Of a DNA stretch of 64,000 bases, positions 40,989 to 48,731 are shown piece by piece; the first letter of the stretch is position 1; every line of letters starts with the position of its first letter. The position numbers were made by a program, and so were the translations under genes. This DNA is from Myxococcota bacterium (lineage in GTDB: Bacteria; Myxococcota_A; SURF-8): positions 3,328,001 through 3,392,000 of the forward strand of contig OZ223209.1 of assembly GCA_965140415.1 (NCBI GenBank), written 5' to 3'. The notes below the pieces were generated by a model. The model saw only the letters and a program-made list of their open reading frames with translations, made no database searches and was not told the origin of the DNA.

Positions 40989-41843
40989 CTATCTGGATTG
41001 ATAATTAGCCGCTTTATCAACATACAGATATTCCCCCAGCACCTGCAGCACCGACCACGGATCGATCACCCGGACATCGCCACCGAGAATACCGTCCAGG
41101 ATGACCCAGAACTCGTCCAGGTCGCCCTGCCAGTCCTCGACGGCGTCAAGCAATTCCGCCGCTTGGTTGGGGTTCAGGCCGACCAATTGCAGTTCGGTGA
41201 AGATATCATCGTTGTCATCGGGCGTTGCGTTGCTGGTGTGTTCGGTGAATCGGCGATCCAGTCCAAGTTCAAGTTCCTCATCCGGCCAGACCAGTCCCCA
41301 GGGCGCGGCGGGTGCGTGGACCTTGTCGCGCAGCTCTTTTTCCAGCGCCTCGTCACGTTCCACGCTGGCCAGGAAGCCCACCTTGATCTGATCGACCGTG
41401 ATGCGCCAGGGATGGTACAGGTCCAGCCGGGCGCGGAAATGTCCGGCCTTGTTCGTGACGATGCTGACCAGCCAGTCGTCGTTACTCATCTGCTCGATGG
41501 TGTCGGCATCTTCCGAGGACCAGAAGCAGTTCATGTCGGCATGGCTGTGCGCCCAGCAGCGCAGGTCGGACACGTCGTATCCGACCTTGACCAGTTCCGT
41601 CATCAGCGCGCCCATGCTCTCGCGGTCAGGGCTGGTGTGGGAATCCGTGCAGGTCTGCTCCGGCAGGAAGAAGGTTTTCACGACGATGGCTCCGCTGTCT
41701 TTGTCAACTTCTGTCACACCGAAGCAGGAAAATTCTCCCCGCGCCGCCTGCGTCCAGACACGCAATTGCCGCTCCGCCTCATCCGACAACAACACCTCCG
41801 GAATCCGGTTCGTCAGCTTCCGCTTCGTCTCCGTCGGTTCCAT
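40989..41843 (-). CDS. JAB/MPN (Mov34-like) metalloprotease; start uncertain, overlaps the E2 gene end
   Basis: GEFSCFG (catalytic E candidate) and WAHSHADMNCFWSSED = HxH-x7-S-x2-D. Confidence 0.85.
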   Translation of the reverse strand: MEPTETKRKLTNRIPEVLLSDEAERQLRVWTQAARGEFSCFGVTEVDKDSGAIVVKTFFLPEQTCTDSHTSPDRESMGALMTELVKVGYDVSDLRCWAHSHADMNCFWSSEDADTIEQMSNDDWLVSIVTNKAGHFRARLDLYHPWRITVDQIKVGFLASVERDEALEKELRDKVHAPAAPWGLVWPDEELELGLDRRFTEHTSNATPDDNDDIFTELQLVGLNPNQAAELLDAVEDWQGDLDEFWVILDGILGGDVRVIDPWSVLQVLGEYLYVDKAANYQSR

Positions 41844-43311
41844 CGTCCTGGTCTTCTTCATCTTCATCTTCATCTTCGTCGGCCCAGGCGCTGCACTCGG
41901 ATCGGTGTGGGCAGTCCGGGCATTCGGGTTCGTTTCGTTCACGGCAATCCTCCTCATTTTCGGGGTGTAAGGCGCACCATTCGCGGTGGCACTGTAAGCA
42001 TTCGTAAGGTCCGCCATCGTTGCGGCAATCGTCGCGCACATCGTCCAGGAAGGGGCAGCGCGCATCGCCGCAGTCCAGGCAGTCCCGCGGAGAGCTGCCA
42101 TCGAAACAACGGCTGTAACGCTCATCCCAATACGGGCAGTCCCGGTCGTTGCAGTCCGTGCAAGTGGCTTCGCCGCCCTCGTAGCACTCCTCGTACTCGT
42201 CGCGCTCGCTGTCGAACCACTGCGTGTACGGGTCCAGCGGGTTGTAGGACATCAGGAATTCGTCGAGCAGCAAGAGCAGCATGCCCCATTCTCTTTGCGC
42301 CATGAGCTTGTTGACATCGTCGCCGATGTTGCCCAGGCACGGGCTGCCTTCCGTGCTGATGTGCGGGTGGAAGTAGTTCGATCGCCACTCGTTGTTGCCC
42401 GCCGGCTCGAACCGGATCAGCTCCTTGCCGGTCAACTCGATACGGCAGCGGATGTCGCCCAGTTCCGAGGTTTCACCACTGTCCGGGTCTTCAATCTGCA
42501 CGTCGGTATGCACGGCCACCAGCTCCGTGTCGCTGATGCTGATGGACTGGAAGCGCTCGCCCACGAGGGACTGCAACTGCTGGCTGATGCGCTTAACCGC
42601 ACTCACCGTGCGTCCGCATTTCTCGTTGACGGCCAGACGGAGCAGACGTTCCTCTTCTCGCTGGCGCCCCAGCTTGGCCACGAGCTGATGGTACTGGCGG
42701 TTCAGTTCGAGCAGGTTGGCTTCGTTGTCGCGGATATCCTGCTGGGTGCGCTCCAGACTCTGGCGCGAGAGGGCACTGTAGAAGCTGCCGAAGCGGCGCG
42801 TGGTCTCGACCGGATTGGGAGTCCGCATGGCATTCCGGCAAGCCCAGTCGAAGCCGTCCTTGAAGATGCTCGTCAGCAGGGCGCGCTTGGCTCCGAAGGT
42901 GACTTCCGTACCGTTCGAAAAGCGAATGCTGCCCTCATCGATGCGGGCGATGTAGAGCGTGGATCCCTCCAGCGTCCAGGCGCCGTGCGTATACGGCACC
43001 TGGAGATCGGGGCCCTGCGCCATCGGTAGCCAGCGTTTGCGGTCTTCGTTCAAGAGCTTTCTTTTCCTGCCGGTCACCGCCGCGTTGACCGGCGCCATGT
43101 AGAAGCGGTAGTCGCCATCCAGAGCCGTGACCTCGTATTCGCGGCTGGTGATGATCGTTACCACCGGTCCGAGCGTGTACGCCGCATCGCTTCTGTCGTC
43201 CTCCTTCACCTGGACGATGGGGCGTTGGTCGGCGGGGAAATCGAGCAACCACTCCTGCATGAGCGCCCGAAGGATCTCCGCAATGCGGGTGGAGTCGTTG
43301 AGATGTTCCAT
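41779..43311 (-). CDS. E2/UBC-like protein with coiled coil and C-terminal Cys-repeat tail
   Basis: YFHPHISTEGSPCLGN matches the E2 HPN/H...G..CL signature; GGAGG RBS. Confidence 0.78.
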   Translation of the reverse strand: MEHLNDSTRIAEILRALMQEWLLDFPADQRPIVQVKEDDRSDAAYTLGPVVTIITSREYEVTALDGDYRFYMAPVNAAVTGRKRKLLNEDRKRWLPMAQGPDLQVPYTHGAWTLEGSTLYIARIDEGSIRFSNGTEVTFGAKRALLTSIFKDGFDWACRNAMRTPNPVETTRRFGSFYSALSRQSLERTQQDIRDNEANLLELNRQYHQLVAKLGRQREEERLLRLAVNEKCGRTVSAVKRISQQLQSLVGERFQSISISDTELVAVHTDVQIEDPDSGETSELGDIRCRIELTGKELIRFEPAGNNEWRSNYFHPHISTEGSPCLGNIGDDVNKLMAQREWGMLLLLLDEFLMSYNPLDPYTQWFDSERDEYEECYEGGEATCTDCNDRDCPYWDERYSRCFDGSSPRDCLDCGDARCPFLDDVRDDCRNDGGPYECLQCHREWCALHPENEEDCRERNEPECPDCPHRSECSAWADEDEDEDEEDQDDGTDGDEAEADEPDSGGVVVG

Positions 43312-43324
43312 GTAACCTCCTGAC

Positions 43325-43358
43325 AAAAAGTGAACGGCGGAAGGTTTCCCCTCCGCCG
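43325..43358 (-). terminator. Hairpin plus T-tract between ubl and E2 genes
   Basis: CGGCGGA/TCCGCCG stem followed by TTCACTTTTT on the minus strand. Confidence 0.5.
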
Positions 43359-43382
43359 CTCTGGTCCGCTCCTCCTTTCCGG

Positions 43383-43652
43383 CTACTGGTGGGCTACCGC
43401 ACCGCCGTCGACCTTGGGCGTCAAGGCGACGATGTCGCCATCATCGGGCCGCTCGTGGAGCTGGGTGTGGACACCGTTCAGGGTCGCCATGTAGCCTTCG
43501 CTCTGAAAGCCCGCCGCGAGGAGGGCGTCGGCGATTGTGCTGCCTGCGGGAATGGTGGTAGCTTTCTGCCTGCCGATCGAAACGACGGTGACGCGGATGC
43601 CGGGATTGCGGTTCTGGGACTGCTGGTCGTGGTTCTGGTTCTGGTCGTTCAT
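43383..43652 (-). CDS. Ubiquitin-like (beta-grasp, ThiS/MoaD-like) protein ending GG-AVAHQ
   Basis: 89 aa; RVTVVSIG...GSTIADAL...LNG...DGDIVALTPKVDGG; GGAGG RBS. Confidence 0.85.
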   Translation of the reverse strand: MNDQNQNHDQQSQNRNPGIRVTVVSIGRQKATTIPAGSTIADALLAAGFQSEGYMATLNGVHTQLHERPDDGDIVALTPKVDGGAVAHQ

Positions 43653-43757
43653 GGGGTTCCTCCATTGCATGGGATGATGGGCGCTGTGGCCCGGACACAA
43701 AAACGCCGCCTCGTGGGCGGCTGCTGTCGGTTACGTTGCTGTCGTGGGTTGGATCTG

Positions 43758-44516
43758 CTACTCGGCGCTGTCGCCGTTCTCCTCGTCCCCATTGGGCTGA
43801 ATGACGCTGCGCAGGTTCTCGAAGATAGTCTTGAACTGCCGGATTTCCTGCTCGTTGCAGTCTTCTTCCTTTTCGAGTTGCAGGACGGCATACGTGCCGC
43901 TCGGCATGGTGAGCGAGAGCCGGGTCTTGGCGGTGAACAGCGGTAGGTCGGCGCGATGACCGTCGGGGAGTTGGAGCTTGCCGAGGAAGTGACGCGCCAG
44001 ATAGCGCTGCACGGGTCTGCGCGACGTGGCTTTGGCGCGGATGATGAAGGGGTTCTCATCGTCCAGATCGAGGCCGAGCAGCGTATATACAATATCGCAA
44101 TCCGGAGCGCTGGCTTGACCGTTATTGCGCCCCCACAATCGATGCGGACAGTTGGCGCAGTCCACGACCTCGCCGTCGGTGCGGACGCCTTCCACGCCGT
44201 CATCCGAACGGCAGTGCTCGGTCATACCGCTGGTTTCCGAGTAGGTTGCCCATCGGCGGGACTTTTTGATGTGGAGCAGGACGCAACTGATTTCATCCTT
44301 CGCCTCGCCTGTCAGCGTGTTGACGAACACATTCTTCGGCACCCAGGAACCGTCCGGTAGGCGGCGTTTGGTGTTGTAGGCGAAGGAAGGTAGCGGCCGA
44401 TCTTCATTGTCCAGATGGGACAGAGCCTGAAGACCGGCCAGCTCGGTGATGAGGGATTGGGGGATGGGGAGATTCGGCGCGGTCGGCGCCGGCGGGGAAT
44501 GGGTATTCTGGGTCAT
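43758..44516 (-). CDS. Phage-type Zn-binding protein with acidic tail (possible ssDNA-binding/recombination protein)
   Basis: CRSDDG..G...CANCP...W...PDC motif; acidic C-terminus; GAGGAG RBS. Confidence 0.5.
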   Translation of the reverse strand: MTQNTHSPPAPTAPNLPIPQSLITELAGLQALSHLDNEDRPLPSFAYNTKRRLPDGSWVPKNVFVNTLTGEAKDEISCVLLHIKKSRRWATYSETSGMTEHCRSDDGVEGVRTDGEVVDCANCPHRLWGRNNGQASAPDCDIVYTLLGLDLDDENPFIIRAKATSRRPVQRYLARHFLGKLQLPDGHRADLPLFTAKTRLSLTMPSGTYAVLQLEKEEDCNEQEIRQFKTIFENLRSVIQPNGDEENGDSAE

Positions 44517-44591
44517 GGCGTTTCTCCTCTGTGAAATTGGGATAGGAAGTAGGAATGGCATTGCGCGACGCCTTCGGGAGCGTGATCGTCA

Positions 44592-45182
44592 TCAGACCGA
44601 GAGAGAAAGCTTCGCCGTCTGAGCCAGATCGCGGCCAAGCCGTTTCAGGCGATGGTGGGCTCGGCTGAGGTTCATACCGGCCGCCTCCCCGCATTCCTGA
44701 AAGCTGCCTCCGGCCTGACGTGTTGCCAGCAAGCGACGGTCCTGTTCGGTCTGCTCGTCGAGCCAGGTTTCCAGGTCGAAGGCGCTGACGAGCTGATCCT
44801 CCACGTCGCGGGTCGCGGCATAGGAGACCGCGTCGACGAAGCTCATGGGATTGTCGCGGGTCAAGTCGTTGTCGGCATAGGGACCGGGCTCCATGTCGGG
44901 CAGGCCGTCGAAGCGCAACACTTCGATGCCGTCTCAAAGACAGGCCATCGCGCCCATCGCATCGCGACGACGGCGGCGACCGGGGACAAAGCAGTGGGAC
45001 GGGTCGAAGGCTTTAATGCGTAAACCGTGAACGAGCGCCTCGCGGTCGGTTGGATGGCCTTTCATCGCGGCGGAGTGGTAATCGCGCCAGATCATCGCCA
45101 ACGCTTCGGCGAATCTGTCTTCCGCGTCGTGCGCGCCGTCGAGATGGCGCATGACAGGGTTGAAGATGCCGTCGGTGATCAT
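44592..45182 (-). pseudogene. Sigma-factor-like/HTH regulator interrupted by an in-frame TGA at 44934-44936
   Basis: ORFs 44934-45182 and 44592-44921 share a frame (MACL*DGIEVLRFD); C-terminal region-4-like HTH SFQECGEAAGMNLSRAHHRL. Confidence 0.55.
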
Positions 45183-45909
45183 GGCCGTGAAATCGGCGTT
45201 GATCGCCTCGTGAGACAGGGGAAGGGACGGAATCTGTTAAAGGGAATGAATGGCTGATCGGGCTGGGAATCGGTTTGCATACAGGTTTCCATGATTCGGA
45301 CCTCCTGGTCGTGTTCAACGCGCACGAAGGCCGTTACCACCGGCCCACGCGCAGCGTCGCCGCCTTGCGGGCGGTGGGTTTGATTGGGACGGGAAACATA
45401 TCCCGCCGATTCTTGATGTATGGTTACGCGCCGTGAAAATCAGCGCGGGTTTGAGCTATAAGGCTTGTGTCAGAGCTGACACAGGCCGTTCGGACGGACG
45501 CGAATCGTCCGGGCGTCGTGGGTCCGCGCTCGCGAGGCCGGTTGGGAAATATGAGACGAGCCGGATATCAGATTCGTTACACAATTCTTATACAATTATT
45601 CTGGCAGAACTTGCATTTCAGTCCCTACTGAGCCCGTTTGGTCCGGAAAACAGTCCAAAAAATATTTGAAAGGCCGTTTTTTCCAATGGATTCGATTTTT
45701 CTCTGGAGTGAGAATAGAAAAATATGGCCGTCGTTCTGACGAAAGGGCTGATCGAAGGAATATGGAGCGTTGTTTGGCTTATGAATACCGACAAGGCGGG
45801 TGTCGCAATTGTCGGTGCTTGGGTCCGAACGGACCTGATTGTGAGCAGGGGGTGGTCCGCAGGACTGGGACCCCTATCGATTTTCTATAGCCCTAGGCCA
45901 ATACGAGCA

Positions 45910-46020
45910 CCGACGCCGGCAATTGCGAAACCGACGTCGCAGTCCTGCTGCTATCCGACGTCGCAGGGGATGAACCGACGTCGGTTGGAGCCTACACGGG
46001 CTTATCTATGCCGACGTCGC
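45910..46020. repeat. Five copies of a CCGACGTCG(C)-like palindromic motif
   Basis: Copies at 45910 (variant), 45931, 45955, 45975, 46011; perfect 14-bp palindrome AACCGACGTCGGTT at 45973-45986. Confidence 0.7.
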
Positions 46021-46233
46021 TCCACCGTATACTCCAGCACCGTGGCTGTCAGCACCGTATGGAGGTTGAAGGGAGGGAGTGGCAGTATTTGCGGCAAACG
46101 TTTTCCGCCCGCGTCCTTCACTCGCCGTCCAGGTGGGGGTTCACCGGCGTGACAGTGTCTTCGCCGTTACCGGGTTTAACGTTGTTTGCGGGCTTCGGGT
46201 TTATATCGCTCATGGCTTCCTCCGTGTAACTGG

Positions 46234-46668
46234 TTATTCGAACAGGTTCCGCAGGCTACCCTTAGATGGCCGGTCCCAGTTGGCGAACCAGAGCGGTTTG
46301 AGCGGCTCGCCGTTCTCATCCCTGGAGGTATTAGTGGCCAGCGGCATCATCTTCATGTACGACCCTTCGCGCACTAGATCATATCCATTTCTGCGGCACT
46401 CTTCCCGCGCAACCTGAGTGACCAAGCTTCCCCGTCTGTCGTCCAGTAAGGCGCAGTAGCCGCCCTGATTCCAGCGTTTCACCCATTCGCGGACCGACGC
46501 GGTCGAGCAGCCGAGTTTTGCGGCGACCGACTGCTGGGATTCGCCTTCCATCAGCGCCAGAACAGCGCGCAAGCGAAGTTGGAGCCGGTCATCTGATTCC
46601 CGGTCGATAAGGGACTGGAGTTGTGCAGGGCTGAACAACGTCTGATCTGGAGGTTTCAGCGGCGGCAT
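46234..46668 (-). CDS. Transposase-type HTH protein
   Basis: RLRAVLALMEGESQQSVAAKLGCSTASVREWVKRWNQGG..AL.D (IS630/IS481-type HTH). Confidence 0.75.
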   Translation of the reverse strand: MPPLKPPDQTLFSPAQLQSLIDRESDDRLQLRLRAVLALMEGESQQSVAAKLGCSTASVREWVKRWNQGGYCALLDDRRGSLVTQVAREECRRNGYDLVREGSYMKMMPLATNTSRDENGEPLKPLWFANWDRPSKGSLRNLFE

Positions 46669-47180
46669 TACTCGATTCCCAGCGATTTGTTCAGCATCGC
46701 GATCGACCTCTCCAGGTCATTCAACAACTCCTTTCTCGCCGCCCGGTCAAACGGGGTGTTGAACCTCGGAACCACGCGCGGTCGCTTGTCTCCGATGAGG
46801 ATATCGCTCCCCTGGCCACGGAAGTATGCGCGCAGTGGGGGGAACTCCAGATGTCTGCCCTCGGAGTATTCCAACTGGGAAATCCAGGTCAACCCACATT
46901 CGTTCCAGAGTTTCGTCCAGGTGATAAGGGTCTCCAGGGAAATGTGATGCCGCGAGCAGATCGACTCCCAAGGTTTGCCGGCCATCAGGCTGCGAATGAC
47001 CTGCAAGCGGTGAATCAGGTTTTCATCATCCTTGGACTCAATGAGGTCATCGAGATGGGTAATGTCCTCAGTGCATACGCTTTCCCGCAGAAAGACTGGC
47101 ATGGCATCTATAGGCAGGCCCATTTCGTGCAGTATGGCCTGACGCTGCTCGTCCGGGTGCGGTTTTTGATTAGAACTCAT
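46668..47180 (-). CDS. Transposase-type HTH protein
   Basis: HRLQVIRSLMAGKPWESICSRHHISLETLITWTKLWNECGL. Confidence 0.65.
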   Translation of the reverse strand: MSSNQKPHPDEQRQAILHEMGLPIDAMPVFLRESVCTEDITHLDDLIESKDDENLIHRLQVIRSLMAGKPWESICSRHHISLETLITWTKLWNECGLTWISQLEYSEGRHLEFPPLRAYFRGQGSDILIGDKRPRVVPRFNTPFDRAARKELLNDLERSIAMLNKSLGIE

Positions 47181-47445
47181 TCATGTCCTCCATTTCTCCG
47201 CGAGCCTTCCGGATCCCGTTCATTACGCTGTCCGGGCCGTATCTACGGTCCAAAATATCCAATTCCTGCCCACGCCGATACAACCGGAGCCAGCGATACC
47301 CCGTGCTCCTGGCGACGCCAACGACTTTCGCTGCGGTGTGGACGGGTACGTCACGGACCAGCACCGCTGTCAAAAACATGGATTTTTGGTGCTGCTTGTA
47401 CTGAGGCTCGAAAACAGGCGGTCCTTGTATCCCGGTCACTTCCAT
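47170..47445 (-). CDS. Small transposase-type HTH protein
   Basis: PVHTAAKVVGVARSTGYRWLRLYRRG; overlaps the next gene start. Confidence 0.6.
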   Translation of the reverse strand: MEVTGIQGPPVFEPQYKQHQKSMFLTAVLVRDVPVHTAAKVVGVARSTGYRWLRLYRRGQELDILDRRYGPDSVMNGIRKARGEMEDMNEF

Positions 47446-47656
47446 CGCTAATTTCCCTCGTGTATCTCGGATTTCCAACGGGCAGGTTACCCAATGAAAA
47501 CGGACAACACTCCAGTTTCGCTTGTCCGAAACGTCTGCATTCACAGTACATCCATCGTGATTAATAGTCAATAATACTAGGAATGAAGAGATACAGTTTC
47601 TTCTGGACATAGTGAACCGCTGTACGTACAATCCCTTATCGGTTACGGGAGGTGAC

Positions 47657-48664
47657 ATGCCGAGACGAAAGCTCGACCCTAAACAACGACTGCGCCTGCG
47701 CGCCCTCAAGCGCGCGGAAAAGATCGGCATGACCGCTGCTGCGAAGGAGTCCGGCATTAGCCGCGTCATGCTTCACCGGTGGCGCGATCGGTTCGAGGCC
47801 GAGGGTATCGAGGGATTGCGCGACCGCAGCCATCGTCCACATCATCACCCCCATACAACACCGGCGGAGGTGGCTGAGCAGGTAGTCGAAGTCGCTCTCC
47901 TGCATCCCACGCATGGCTGCCGCCGGTTGGTCGGCGCGCTTTCCGAACGGGGTATCTCAATTAGCGAACCGACCGTTCAAGGGATCTTGGTTGACCGGGA
48001 ACTTGGTCTGGCTGAACAACGTGTGGGAATGGTCGAGCGGCGCATCCTCAGCGGCGCGTGCAAGCCATCCACCGAACTTCTCGCCGAGGTGGAGGCGGCG
48101 GATCCCGCGTTTCGTGAGCGGACCCGTCCCATACCACGACCCGGCAGTCTCTTGATCACCGATATTATCCGCGGCGGAATCATCGAGGAGGGGAGACGGC
48201 TCCGCGTAGTGGTGGTCGTCGACGCCGGGAGTGCTTACGCCTGGGCCATGCCGTTCACGGACATCGAGGAACTGCCACACATCGAGATTTTGCGCGGCCA
48301 GGTTATGCCCGACCTAGAGGAATGGGGGGTTAAACCCTTTAGTATTCTCACCCCGAATCGCGCGTCATGGGCCGAGGATAGTCCGGAAGGACGGGCATTC
48401 AGGATGTGGTGCCGCGAGGTTTTCCACCTACGGCAGAAGTTCCAGCCGGAGGGAGTGCGGAATGGAAACGTCGAGGGTTACCATCGGGTTTTCCAATCTT
48501 GGTTCCGCCGGGAGGGACTGCACAGGGCGCCGATATTACAGGTCGAGCAGGATATCACCGGGTGGCTGGAAGAGCGGAACCGGGAAACCCGGTGGATGTA
48601 TCCAAGTTTCGGTCGATCAGCGTATAACATGATGGCGACAACCGAACACCGACGTCCCGTATAA
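47657..48664 (+). mobile_element. IS481-like transposase with degenerate DDE triad
   Basis: AAKESGISR..LHRWRDRFEAEGIEGLRDRS.RP...P; LITD, VVDAGS.YAWA; ILTPN in place of LTDNG; NGNVE.YHR. Confidence 0.7.
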
Positions 48665-48731
48665 CCACCACACCATAAGTCTACCCCACCGGCACGAGCT
48701 TCTGCACCCATGCCGATGGGGTGACACGACG

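Noticed and set aside
41844-42125. Long N-terminal extension of the JAB ORF, and the antisense 439-aa ORF 40986-42305
   Set aside because: Shadow frames of the GC-rich E2/JAB genes
46118-46213. 31-aa minus-strand ORF with GGAGGA RBS (MSDINPKP...)
   Set aside because: Plausible but without motif or homology support
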